Positions 17,951-27,987 of a DNA stretch of 64,000 nt are shown here, one piece after another; positions within the stretch are counted from its first letter, which is position 1; each line of letters begins with the position of its first letter. This DNA is from Pseudohongiellaceae bacterium (lineage in GTDB: Bacteria > Pseudomonadota > Gammaproteobacteria > Pseudomonadales > Pseudohongiellaceae): contig JBBDIR010000034.1 in assembly GCA_040880325.1 (NCBI GenBank), positions 3,790 through 67,789 of the forward strand, in the 5' to 3' direction. Position numbers and translations under genes: made by a program. Under the pieces are notes generated by a model. The model did no database searches. It was not told the DNA's origin and saw only the letters and a program-made list of their open reading frames with translations.

Positions 17951-20932
17951 CTACTGCGCGGTCAGGCTAAAGGGCAGGACTAGCCAGCCGTCTTCGTCTA
18001 CCGCGCCAACTAGAGCATCAACTTCTAGTAGGCGGGGTGCCGAGATGCCACCTCTACTGGATAGAAATTCGACTACCCGATTGCGCCGCGAAGCTCCAAG
18101 CGCGATCAGCTCGGAGTTGCTGACAGGCTTCTCTTCGATTAATCGTTCGCGCAAGTCCGCTATATAGGCGAGAGTATCTAACTGTCCGCTTTCAGCTGGT
18201 TGGGTGCTGGCGTCATCGCTCGCAGTGTCGGGTTGTGGTGTGTACAACAGTCGAATCTGTTCAAGGGTTTCCTGCAAGGCGGTAGCCGCATACAGCGATT
18301 CAACGGCAGCCAATCGTCGCGTGGTCAGGGAATCATCGCTCGCAGGCTGTGCTTGCAATTCAGTTTCTATGTCAGCATCAACTGCCAATGTTTTCAGAGC
18401 GAGTTCGTCTGGCGGTGCAGTAACTGAAGCGATCTCTAATAGCAATTGCGGTCGTTGCTTGAGCGCCTCACTTAATTTGAGCAGTATTTCCTGCTCGGGA
18501 GCGGCGATGTCGGATCGTCCCGGCAGAAATCTAATATGGTCGAGACTAGCTCCATCATCGCCACCGATAAGATTTCCTAACAGACGGAAGGGGGCGGCTA
18601 CCAGGTTAGTGAGGATATTGGTGATAGCTCGGCGAATCGCCGGCCCGAAATTAAACTCCGGATCGTTCACGTCGCCGCTAATTGGTACTTCGAGATCGAT
18701 CACCCCATTGCCATCTTTGAGCAAGGCAACGGCTAAATCCAGGGGTAGGTCCATGGCGCCGGCTTGTTCAATTCGATCACCGAGTCGCAGGGCGCTAAGA
18801 ACGAGCTGATTGTTGGCGTTCATAACACCATTCAATAGCTTATAGGAAAGCTCGAGGTCAACCTTGCCTTCGGCAATCTCCCTGCCAGCAAACTTGATGA
18901 CGTACGGCGTCATGGACGGCATGTCGATGTTGCTAAAGTTTACATCGATCTGACTCTGCGTTGTGAAATTGAAAGGATTCAAACTGCTGTCTATCTGTAC
19001 TAATCCGAACTCGTCAACCTGACCTTCTAAATGTATTTCAGTTGCCAGATTCGAACTGCTTGCAAAGCCTTGTACAGTACCTGTCAGGTTTTGAATATTT
19101 GCGCTAAATGGCAGAGGAAGATTTCTGTCGGTGAAGTTTGCGCTGGCATTCTGTAAATTAATTTGGCCTACGATTACTTCCAGAGGTGAGCCGGTATTGG
19201 TATTCTCGGTTAATGTTGTCTCTGGGTCTGGTGTAAGCTCGCCCGCTTTAAGACTGCCCCCAATATTGCTTGATCCGTCCTCATTGATCAGGACCCGAGC
19301 GAAGAAATCTTGCAGCGTTATTTCCGAGATGTCTATGCTGTTGTCCGCAAGAGACAGACTCATTGTATCGATTCCGAGACCGCTCATCGAAAACAGTGTC
19401 TCGTTCAATTGCCGATCGAGTATCTCCACATTAGTCAGTTCGGCACCGCCGCGCAAAGAGAACGGCTGATCTGGATTGACCGCAAGGTTCGCGTCGAGAG
19501 CGAGAGAACCTGATAATAGATCGAGGAAGGCGAATTCATCCACGTAGGGTTGCGCCACATTTATCGCGATGTCGGCCAGGTTTATTGCGCTGCTGAATTC
19601 CACAGTTGGCAGGACTTGTAATTCACCGTCCAACTCGATCGTGCCACCGGAGTCCAAGGATAGCTTGGCGGACAGCGGAAACCGCGTCATCGCTTGATTG
19701 TCGATCCCGGTAATTCCTGCGTCTATGGATGTGACTATGGAAAATGGGGTCGCGATCGAATTATCGACGAAGCTAAAACGGTTATTTTCGATCGAAACAT
19801 CAGCCAGTGAGAAGAACCAGGGGTCAACTGGCTGCGCACTAGCTTCCTCTGGCGCCTGAACTGTCGCATCCGTTACGGGTAACAGGGCATCGACCATTTC
19901 CTGGATGTTGATGAGACCGGCCTCGCTGCGAATCGCATTGAGCTCGATCCCCTCTAGAGATAGTGAGGCAAACTCTGCTCGATTCTGTGGAATCGAAACT
20001 TGACCGTCATACAGGGCAAGTCTGGATGCAAGGGCAAAAGGTGCCGCTTCACCAAGTTGTGTCGCAGAGAAATCGTTTACGTCGAGGTTTATTCGATCGA
20101 CCAGAATCCTGGGTTGGGCTTGAGATAGATCGATATTGTAGTAGAGAGAAAGGTTGATATGTCCTTCATCCAATTGAAACGGGAGGTCGTCTTGCAGGTA
20201 GCGCCCAACAGGCAACAGGCTGAAGTTTGATAAGGCGATCTCTCCCTGAAAATCCAGCGGATTCACGGTGAAGCCACCGCTCCAATTCAGTCGCGCGCCC
20301 TGTTCGAAGTTGATGGACAGCTCATTATCGCCCGCTTGATCGGGAAGCGTAGAGAAGCCATTGATTTGCGCCTGTGCCAGAGAGAGAGTGGTCGAAAAGG
20401 GAGTGAGGGGGACCTCATCGACAATATGAGTCTGTATATCGGAAAGCGTCAGGCTCAAAATCTCCAGCGGAATCAGGCCGGCGGACTCGCTGGAAACGGC
20501 AGTGCTGTTAGTTAACGCCTGTGCAGTGTTCGCCCACCTCTCGGCAAGACGGGAGACGGTGTCGTCATCGACACTGCTGCGGGTGTAGTAGATGTCGAGA
20601 TCGGAAATAATTATCTCGGCGAACTGCAGTTTCAGCAGTACGAGCCGGCTCGCCTGAAAATCAACTTGCAGTCTGCCCAGCTTGAGGAGACTGCCCTGCC
20701 CGGGATCGGCGAGCTCTAGTTGCTCGACATTGAAATTGAAACTAAAGGGATTGAAATAGACTCTCTCGAGATTAGTAGTGACTGAGAGCCGCTCTTGCAG
20801 AATCTTTTCGAGCTGAGATTCGACCAGCCAGGGCAGCACAAAAAATCCGAGTAGAGCGTAAACAAGCAACAGTCCACCTAGCCAGGATAGCAGGCGGCGC
20901 CGGGTATGTATGAGTGTCTTTAGAGTAGCCAT
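17951..20932 (-). CDS. DUF748/AsmA-like large envelope protein
   Basis: 993 aa with an N-terminal membrane anchor and long repetitive beta-rich sequence typical of DUF748/AsmA-like proteins. Confidence 0.65.
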   Translation of the reverse strand: MATLKTLIHTRRRLLSWLGGLLLVYALLGFFVLPWLVESQLEKILQERLSVTTNLERVYFNPFSFNFNVEQLELADPGQGSLLKLGRLQVDFQASRLVLLKLQFAEIIISDLDIYYTRSSVDDDTVSRLAERWANTAQALTNSTAVSSESAGLIPLEILSLTLSDIQTHIVDEVPLTPFSTTLSLAQAQINGFSTLPDQAGDNELSINFEQGARLNWSGGFTVNPLDFQGEIALSNFSLLPVGRYLQDDLPFQLDEGHINLSLYYNIDLSQAQPRILVDRINLDVNDFSATQLGEAAPFALASRLALYDGQVSIPQNRAEFASLSLEGIELNAIRSEAGLINIQEMVDALLPVTDATVQAPEEASAQPVDPWFFSLADVSIENNRFSFVDNSIATPFSIVTSIDAGITGIDNQAMTRFPLSAKLSLDSGGTIELDGELQVLPTVEFSSAINLADIAINVAQPYVDEFAFLDLLSGSLALDANLAVNPDQPFSLRGGAELTNVEILDRQLNETLFSMSGLGIDTMSLSLADNSIDISEITLQDFFARVLINEDGSSNIGGSLKAGELTPDPETTLTENTNTGSPLEVIVGQINLQNASANFTDRNLPLPFSANIQNLTGTVQGFASSSNLATEIHLEGQVDEFGLVQIDSSLNPFNFTTQSQIDVNFSNIDMPSMTPYVIKFAGREIAEGKVDLELSYKLLNGVMNANNQLVLSALRLGDRIEQAGAMDLPLDLAVALLKDGNGVIDLEVPISGDVNDPEFNFGPAIRRAITNILTNLVAAPFRLLGNLIGGDDGASLDHIRFLPGRSDIAAPEQEILLKLSEALKQRPQLLLEIASVTAPPDELALKTLAVDADIETELQAQPASDDSLTTRRLAAVESLYAATALQETLEQIRLLYTPQPDTASDDASTQPAESGQLDTLAYIADLRERLIEEKPVSNSELIALGASRRNRVVEFLSSRGGISAPRLLEVDALVGAVDEDGWLVLPFSLTAQ

Positions 20933-21131
20933 TCTGTTCTCTGGTTCAGGGCTAGGAAATTAACAACTATCGGGTCCAGTGTACAAGCTAATTACTTCTG
21001 GCTGCGCTGTCAGTTTCAGAAGATGGCGCCCTATGATGAGGCTGGAGCCAAGATATTTCTGCCCGGACTGGAATAAACCAGTGAATCGCGTGCTATGCTA
21101 TTAGTAGAATAACAAGTCATAAGAGGCCGCC

Positions 21132-21365
21132 ATGAGTTTAAGCCACGAGTTTATCGAAGATCTGGAACTGCTCAATCTATTCAATCTGGAAAGTTCGCAA
21201 GGTGGAATCAAGATCCATCATGAGGCCGCTCCAGAACGCATCGCCTCGGCAAAACGGCTGTTCGAGAAGAATTTCATTACTCTCGAAGATGGCGGATACC
21301 TGACTACCCTGGGTCTGGAAGCTGCCGCGCATACTCAGGCGCTCGTTACCATGTTACAAGATTAA
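21132..21365 (+). CDS. small conserved protein (TIGR02647-like)
   Basis: 77 aa. The pattern L.L.NLF.L.S.Q.G.K.HH......I.....L..K..I......GY.T..G.EAA.H is as I remember for this gammaproteobacterial family. Confidence 0.5.
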   Translation: MSLSHEFIEDLELLNLFNLESSQGGIKIHHEAAPERIASAKRLFEKNFITLEDGGYLTTLGLEAAAHTQALVTMLQD

Positions 21366-21367
21366 TT

Positions 21368-21400
21368 GTCAGAATAGTCAGAATAGTCAGAATAGTCAGG
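21368..21400. repeat. 9-bp tandem repeat GTCAGAATA, 3.6 copies
   Basis: Three perfect copies lie at 21368-21394, followed by the partial copy GTCAGG. The array starts 3 nt after the upstream stop codon. Confidence 0.9.
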
Positions 21401-21431
21401 CGATGGCGTGGCCAGTTTGGGAAAGCTAATA

Positions 21432-22448
21432 ATGAATCGAATCCTGCTGTGTTTGCGAACGTTTCTGTATGGCTTGGCCGTCTCGTTTAGCCAACTACTG
21501 CCAGCGCAGGACTATCAGCCTGCCTTGACGGAACACGGCCAACCCGACCTCAGTGGCGTATGGAACTTCTCATCGAGCACGCCTCTGGAACGACCCGAGC
21601 GCTACGGCGAGATCGAGTTTTTGAGTGATGTGGACAGTACTGTCGCTGGTGCGCGTGCTGCGTCCCGTTCTGCTAGCCCAGGTCCAAACCCAAGTCGTGT
21701 AATCGGTGCCTACAACGCTTATTGGAACGACAGGACGGCACTGCAGGAGAACGAGAGGACTTCCTTGATCGTTCACCCGGCAAACGGAAGAATTCCACCG
21801 GTTCGCGACGGAGTTCATGTGCAACTGGGCGGCGATATAACCACTGACGTCGATTTCGGTGAGACGCGGCCAGTGCGCTATACCCATGGCGGCATCGGTC
21901 GAACTGGCCCGGAAGATCGCGGTCTCTCGGAGCGCTGTCTCGTATTCGTATCCGGCCCGCCACTTATCACGGGCTATTACAACAATCACATCCAGATTAT
22001 TCAGAACGCCGATCATGTGGTTTTAATGGTGGAGATGGGCTGGGATGCCCGCATTGTCAGCCTGCAGGACAAGCCGCCTATCGATGCCTCCATCGAACAG
22101 TGGTCGGGTGACGCGCGTGGCTATTGGGACGGCACTACATTAGTGGTTGAGACGCGCAATTTTAGCGATAAGGTAGGTAGTCTAAGCTTGCGCGGCATAG
22201 CTTATGGGACGGCAAAGGATCGGTTACTGATCGAGCGATTCACACCCTTGAGCCCGGGAGTTCTCGAATATGAATTCACCATCGACGATCCCACTACGTT
22301 CACCGACAAGATAGTGGGCATTTCTACGATGACTAAAGTTGAAGACAATATCTATGAATTTTCCTGCCATTCAGGAAACTACGCGATGATGGGCATTCTT
22401 CGTGCGGGACGCGTTGAAGAGGCCGACGCGGCGGCGCGCTCCAACTAG
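21432..22448 (+). CDS. exported protein of an unassigned family, paralogue 1 of 3
   Basis: Signal peptide MNRILLCLRTFLYGLAVSFSQLLPAQ. Blocks GQPDLSGVWNF, GPEDRGLSERCL, YNNHIQI, WSGDARGYWDGTTLVVETRNF and CHSGNYAM are shared with 42451..43476 and 57371..58363. The ORF track starts at the GTG at 21408. Confidence 0.75.
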   Translation: MNRILLCLRTFLYGLAVSFSQLLPAQDYQPALTEHGQPDLSGVWNFSSSTPLERPERYGEIEFLSDVDSTVAGARAASRSASPGPNPSRVIGAYNAYWNDRTALQENERTSLIVHPANGRIPPVRDGVHVQLGGDITTDVDFGETRPVRYTHGGIGRTGPEDRGLSERCLVFVSGPPLITGYYNNHIQIIQNADHVVLMVEMGWDARIVSLQDKPPIDASIEQWSGDARGYWDGTTLVVETRNFSDKVGSLSLRGIAYGTAKDRLLIERFTPLSPGVLEYEFTIDDPTTFTDKIVGISTMTKVEDNIYEFSCHSGNYAMMGILRAGRVEEADAAARSN

Positions 22449-23191
22449 TGGGCAGAAATAGTTCTGGTCTCGCCCGGTGTGCTAAAGAGATCGAAGCCGC
22501 GCAGCTCTGCAGGTCTACGAATGGGGTCGGCGGGAATATTCACTGGCACATGCACTCCCATATTGCGTCGCGCCTTAATCCTGTTGTTCAAAATCTGACG
22601 ACCGCTGGATGAACTAAAGAACCAGTAAGGCGGAAACGCCATATGCGGAGTGTTACGATCCCAGTATCGTGCATCTTGCGCGAAGTGCACATCGTTCGGA
22701 TCTGCGTCACCCATATGCAAAACAGTAGTTTCTTCATTTAGCGTCACGCGCCAGACGATGTTCTCTATGTCGAGCCTTCCCGTTGGCCATCCCGAGTGGG
22801 GTATGCGTACCGCCTCTATCAGCAGTCCATCCATATTCAGTGCTACGGGCGCGTCCTTGTATTCGAGACTCACAATCTGGACTCGCTCGAAGATCGCGTC
22901 TTCGCCGTTGCTGTTCTCGCTGCGCATGGCGATGACTGCCTGGCTGGGTGCAAACAGTCTAATATCGGACTGTTCCCGCAATAGTCGAATCATGTCGCCG
23001 GGCGAGAAGTGATCGCCGTGATGATGGCTAACAAACACGGCGTCGATGCCATCGAAGGGAACGACTCCGCCAAAAAGCGCCTGCTCCATCTCCTCGGGTA
23101 GCAGCATGTACTGTCCGTAACTGTTTCGAAACAGGGGGTCGAACAGTATCTTGGTGTCGCCGTTCGACACCATTAGCCCCTCATTTGCCAA
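22445..23191 (-). CDS. MBL-fold metallo-hydrolase (ORF as listed; see finding on the upstream in-frame TAG)
   Basis: HHHGDHF motif. The listed ORF begins at a TTG. Twenty codons of signal-peptide-like sequence plus a TAG lie in frame directly upstream, extending to the ATG at 23276-23278. Confidence 0.75.
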   Translation of the reverse strand: MANEGLMVSNGDTKILFDPLFRNSYGQYMLLPEEMEQALFGGVVPFDGIDAVFVSHHHGDHFSPGDMIRLLREQSDIRLFAPSQAVIAMRSENSNGEDAIFERVQIVSLEYKDAPVALNMDGLLIEAVRIPHSGWPTGRLDIENIVWRVTLNEETTVLHMGDADPNDVHFAQDARYWDRNTPHMAFPPYWFFSSSSGRQILNNRIKARRNMGVHVPVNIPADPIRRPAELRGFDLFSTPGETRTISAH

Positions 23192-23290
23192 GTAGTAAGC
23201 GCTGGCGCCTTGGGACTAAGTCGTTGCACTGAAGACGCAACACAAAAGACCAATGAATGTCTGTAATGTTCTCGGCATTACCACAACCTG

Positions 23291-25495
23291 CTACTCAACA
23301 ATGGTCATCTCTTCTAATAGATTGGTCGCGCCGTCCATGTACTTCATCACCCATAGCATATAGCGCGCATCGACGGAGATCGCACGATTCTTCGCCTCGT
23401 CGAAGTCCCAGTCGCCGATGATGCTTTCGTAAACACCATCGAACAACAGGCCGACGAGTTGTGCCTTGCCGTTCATGGTTGCGGTGCCGGAGTTGCCGCC
23501 GGTAATATCCAGCGTGCTAAGAAAGTTCACAGGCACGCTGCCCAGTGAAGGTAAGACATAGTCGCCGTATTGCTGCGCTCGAATTAAATCGAGCTGTTTC
23601 GGTGGTGCATTGAACGGATCGATACCGGTATCTTTGTCGAGGATCCCCTCCAAGGTGGTGAACGGCTGATTGCGCAGGCCATCCTTAGGACTATTCCCTT
23701 GAACAGAGCCGAAGGTTACGCGCAGTGAGCTGTTTGCATCGGCGTAGATAGGCTGACCGAGACTGCGATTATAGGCTATAACCGCTTCCATGTATTGGGG
23801 ACGCCAGCGTTGCAATTGTCCGCTGAGTTCCTTGTCTTCCAATTCGAGCGCCATGCGTTCGCTGTAGGAGGCAACCGCATAGCGTATGAGAGGATCGTCG
23901 CTGTTCTCAAAGTCTTCGATCGATTTGTCCAGCCAGGCCAATCGAGTCGCCTCGTCGTCGAGCGACGTCTGTGCATAGCTGTCTTCAATAATCTGGTCTA
24001 CCTGACCCTGATCGAAATTTCCAGCGATACCGAAGAACGAGTCAGTGGCCTGAGAGCGATACTGTTCCGGTAGCTCACCATAACGGGACAGCAGGTAGCT
24101 TAGTGTCGCCTTGTCGACGGCTTCATCGTAACGTCGACTAATAGCCTGCATCGATTGCCGAAAATTTCTGAGGTCTCTTTCCTGATATCCAGGCTCGCGC
24201 TCGGCATCGGGCTTCTGCTTTTCCTGTGCCAATCGATACAGGCGATGGGCGGCGCTTGGCAAGGTTGCATAGCCCATGTAGCTGCGCACCAGGTCGCGTT
24301 CCCGTGCGGCGTTATTAGTCTCGATCAATGCTTCGAGTTGACCCACTGCAGGGGCATAGCGTTCGCGCCGTGCATTGTCGTTATTGATCCACGCGTTAAG
24401 GTTTATCTCGGCTTGCTTGCGCCTATCGATGAAGTCGCTTTTTTCATAGCTCTCTACCATCGATTGAAAATTCTTCGCATAGTTATTCAGGCTGGCCAGA
24501 GTGCCTTCATAGGCAATGCGAGCTGCACTACCGGCTGCTGAGTTTTCGTTGATGATGTTGATCAAATCCTCGCGGAAACCGCGCGCCTCGGGGTAATACC
24601 ACTCAAACTGATTCTCGACCTCGGCAGTAGTTCGATAACGGTTAGTGCTGCCGGGGTAGCCGACACCCATGACGAAATCGCCATCCTCTACGCCCTTTGC
24701 ACTTACTTCCAGGAAGCTAACAGAGGAGTAGGGCACATTGTCCTCGCTGTATTCGGCAGGCTGACCGTCCGTGCCGACATAGGCGCGGTAGAATCCAAAG
24801 TCACCGGTGTGACGCGGCCACTGCCAATTATCGATATCGCCGCCATATTTACCGATGCTGGTCGCGGGAGCATACACGAGACGCACATCGCGAACTTCCA
24901 AACGCTTGATCAGGAAATACTCCAGCCCCTGATGAAACGAGGAGACGCCACAACGGTGATTGCCAGAGGATTCGCAGCCTGCAATCAAAGACTTGCGATT
25001 CGCTTCGATTAAATTGTAACGTTCGATGCCCGAAGTAGACGCACTCACTCCCGCTAGCACATCGGTGGTCACGTCCGTCACCTCCTCGGTGACATAGACG
25101 CGGGTACCGGGTGCAGTTGGAATCTCTTCGCTGAGTTGTTTTGCAAGAAACCCATCATTGAGAAGATTGTTCTCTGGCGTGCTGTTGTATTGCACCGAAC
25201 CATAGACGCAGTGATGGTTCGTAACGACGAGCCCCTGTGGCGAAACGAAGGATGCGCTGCATCCACCGAGGCTGACCACGGCGTTCATTGGGAACTGATC
25301 CAGGCGACTCAGATTTTCGGGGTTTATTTCCAGACCCAGCTGACGCAGCCGATCGCTAAGGTCTGGTAGCTGATGAGGCTGCCACATGCCTTCGTTAGCG
25401 AGGCAATGGCTGGCGAGAGTCATTAGTAATAGCAGCATTGTAAAAACGGCGCGTGAGAGCCGGATCAATTGACATTGGGGTTTCAGGATAAACAT
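23291..25495 (-). CDS. S46-family dipeptidyl-peptidase (DPP7/DPP11-like)
   Basis: NEGMWQPHQLP at the start of the mature protein, TNHHCVY (His) and GGNSG (Ser). 734 aa. Confidence 0.9.
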   Translation of the reverse strand: MFILKPQCQLIRLSRAVFTMLLLLMTLASHCLANEGMWQPHQLPDLSDRLRQLGLEINPENLSRLDQFPMNAVVSLGGCSASFVSPQGLVVTNHHCVYGSVQYNSTPENNLLNDGFLAKQLSEEIPTAPGTRVYVTEEVTDVTTDVLAGVSASTSGIERYNLIEANRKSLIAGCESSGNHRCGVSSFHQGLEYFLIKRLEVRDVRLVYAPATSIGKYGGDIDNWQWPRHTGDFGFYRAYVGTDGQPAEYSEDNVPYSSVSFLEVSAKGVEDGDFVMGVGYPGSTNRYRTTAEVENQFEWYYPEARGFREDLINIINENSAAGSAARIAYEGTLASLNNYAKNFQSMVESYEKSDFIDRRKQAEINLNAWINNDNARRERYAPAVGQLEALIETNNAARERDLVRSYMGYATLPSAAHRLYRLAQEKQKPDAEREPGYQERDLRNFRQSMQAISRRYDEAVDKATLSYLLSRYGELPEQYRSQATDSFFGIAGNFDQGQVDQIIEDSYAQTSLDDEATRLAWLDKSIEDFENSDDPLIRYAVASYSERMALELEDKELSGQLQRWRPQYMEAVIAYNRSLGQPIYADANSSLRVTFGSVQGNSPKDGLRNQPFTTLEGILDKDTGIDPFNAPPKQLDLIRAQQYGDYVLPSLGSVPVNFLSTLDITGGNSGTATMNGKAQLVGLLFDGVYESIIGDWDFDEAKNRAISVDARYMLWVMKYMDGATNLLEEMTIVE

Positions 25496-25822
25496 TGTTG
25501 GGTCACCTGCTGGTAGGAAATAGGACGCAAGACCTGGTGAAGTGTATAGCCAGAATTCATATCGAAATTACTTCGAATTTGGTCGATCTGGTGAATTAGT
25601 AGCACATGATACGGATTTCCAGTGCTGCGCCGCAAGATTAACACACCTGTATCAGCACTATGGCCGATATTGAAGCGGCTTCAGCCCACGTTGTTTGACG
25701 ATAGACTTCGGGTACAATTGCTTTTAGTCTAGGGCCTACAGATCAGATCATTCAATCATTAGACCGGCACGCCTGCTGTTTAACTAAAGTGCGCAACCGG
25801 CCGTCTCATAGGGTTACAGTTC

Positions 25823-27967
25823 ATGCCGTTATCGCTTAACGCTTCAAAAACACTGACACATCTCTTCTGTTCGCTTAGCCTTCTGTGTGCCGCTCAAGTA
25901 TCGGCGCAGGGCCTGCCAGGTACCGAGAACGGCGAATGGCGCTATCTTGGTGGCGATGCCGGCAATACCCGTTACTCCCCGCTGAATCAAATAAACGCCT
26001 CGAACTTCTCCGATCTGGAGCAGGCCTGGATATGGCGCAGCGATAACTTCGGCCCCAACCTCGATTACTTCTCGCGTTCCACGCCGGTCTATGTGGACGG
26101 CATGCTGTATACAGTAGCCACACCGCGGCGCCAGGTTATCGCGATGGATCCGGCCACCGGCGAGAATATCTGGACCTTTCGCGAGCCTCCCACAGTTAGG
26201 CATCAACGCTCACCAAGACAGGCCTACGGCAAGGGCGTCGCCTATGCCGAGGTAAATGGAAGAGGGGTTGTCTACATCACGACACCGGGTTTCTTCCTCT
26301 GGGCTTTGGATGCCAAGACTGGCCTACCACTGGAGAATTGGGGAGAGGCCGTGCCACTGGAAGGCTTCGCTCGAAGCGGTGCCATAGACCTTATTCCGAG
26401 GCTCGTCGAAGACTGGGGCCCATGGCAGGACTATGTAGTGGCGGGTGGCCGCTACGATCCAGACTACGGGATACCGAGAGAGTTGGGCATGGTAACCGCC
26501 TCCGCGCCGCCTATTGTGGTCAATGGTGTCGTCGTTGTCCTCGTTGGACACCAGCCGAGCTATGGTCAGACCCGTATCGAAAATGTGCCGGGCGACATCA
26601 TGGGCTTCGATGCCGCAACTGGAGAATTCCTCTGGAAGTTTCATTCCATCCCGAGGCCCGGCGAAGTCGGACACGAGACTTGGGAGAATGATGCCTGGCG
26701 CTTCTCCGGAGATATCTCGACATGGGCTCCAGCGTCAGCAGACCCGGAACTGGGTCTTGTCTATATGGTGACCAATGCATCCACTGTTCAGTCCTACGCC
26801 GGTCATCGTCCAGGATACAATCTCTTTGGTGGCAGTGTACTGGCGTTGGATGTTCAGACCGGCGAGCGGCGCTGGCACTACCAGATTCATCGCAGCGATC
26901 AGTGGAACTACGATCTCCCTACGCCACCAATGCTGATGGACCTGAATGTGGATGGGCAGACGATACCCGCATTGATTCAGAACACGAAGCAGGGGCTGGT
27001 GTTCGCCTTCAATCGCGAAACCGGTGAGCCGATCTGGCCGATCGAAGACCGCGAGGTATTCCAGACGCAGGTGCCAGGAAATTACACGGCCCCTACCCAG
27101 CCCTTCCCAACATGGCCGGAACCGGTAGACGGCATCGTGACGGATGGCCTTACTGAAGAATTTGTAATTGACTACACGCCGCAATTGAAAGAACAGGCGA
27201 TGGTCATTCTGAATGGCTACCGAGTTGGCGGCCTCTATGTACCAGCGCTACCGCAAGACCATGGCAACGATTACGTCAATAATATTGGTTGTATTGGCGG
27301 TGGCAATGTCATTCCTCACCCTCCGGTGGGGGACCCTTCCACCGGCCTGATGTTTGCGTCCCATGCGCGTAACTGTTTCGCGCCCGGCTTCATGCGCCCA
27401 AGCAATGGTGTGGATAGAGACAACCCCAACTACCCGATTCCCGGCGATGGTGGCGCGACACCAAACAGCACACCCACCACTGGCAAGACGGTAGTAGCCT
27501 GGGTGCCGGGCGGCGGCGGTGGCTTGCCTACAATCGATGGCCTGCGAGTCTTCAAGCCGATGGACAATCAGCTCACTGCCTACCAGATGAACAGTGGCGA
27601 GAAGGCCTGGTCGATGGCTGTTGGTCCCACGCCCGATGCGATAAAGAATCATCCTTTGTTAGCGGGTGTCGAAGTGCCGGATAGCGGCGGTGTTGGTTGG
27701 TCTATTCAAATGGTGATGGATGATCTTCTGGTGCAAACTCGAGCGCTCAGCGAAGGCATGGTGCAGTTAGTGCCGGATGAGCCCCTTGCCCTGAATGCTC
27801 GAGATAAGTTCACCGGTGAGATCGTTGGCAGCGTGTCATTGCCCGCACCAGGTCAGTACGGCATGATGACTTATATGCACGAGGGCAAGCAATATGTCGT
27901 CGTGCAGATAGGAAGTTCGCGCACGGATTTTCCCGGCGGCTTGGTTGCGTATAGATTGCCCAACTGA
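25823..27967 (+). CDS. exported PQQ-dependent dehydrogenase, glucose/quinate-type beta-propeller without the membrane anchor
   Basis: Signal peptide is present. Repeated W-motif propeller blades, SDQWNYDLPTPPMLMDL (compare HDLWDMD.P..P.L.D of GDH-type enzymes). 714 aa. Confidence 0.8.
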   Translation: MPLSLNASKTLTHLFCSLSLLCAAQVSAQGLPGTENGEWRYLGGDAGNTRYSPLNQINASNFSDLEQAWIWRSDNFGPNLDYFSRSTPVYVDGMLYTVATPRRQVIAMDPATGENIWTFREPPTVRHQRSPRQAYGKGVAYAEVNGRGVVYITTPGFFLWALDAKTGLPLENWGEAVPLEGFARSGAIDLIPRLVEDWGPWQDYVVAGGRYDPDYGIPRELGMVTASAPPIVVNGVVVVLVGHQPSYGQTRIENVPGDIMGFDAATGEFLWKFHSIPRPGEVGHETWENDAWRFSGDISTWAPASADPELGLVYMVTNASTVQSYAGHRPGYNLFGGSVLALDVQTGERRWHYQIHRSDQWNYDLPTPPMLMDLNVDGQTIPALIQNTKQGLVFAFNRETGEPIWPIEDREVFQTQVPGNYTAPTQPFPTWPEPVDGIVTDGLTEEFVIDYTPQLKEQAMVILNGYRVGGLYVPALPQDHGNDYVNNIGCIGGGNVIPHPPVGDPSTGLMFASHARNCFAPGFMRPSNGVDRDNPNYPIPGDGGATPNSTPTTGKTVVAWVPGGGGGLPTIDGLRVFKPMDNQLTAYQMNSGEKAWSMAVGPTPDAIKNHPLLAGVEVPDSGGVGWSIQMVMDDLLVQTRALSEGMVQLVPDEPLALNARDKFTGEIVGSVSLPAPGQYGMMTYMHEGKQYVVVQIGSSRTDFPGGLVAYRLPN

Positions 27968-27987
27968 CGCAGTGTAGAAGTGATCGT

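Noticed and set aside
18204-18809. 201-aa ORF antisense to the DUF748 gene
   Set aside because: It is Ser/Arg-rich and sits inside a 993-aa gene with a consistent coding pattern.
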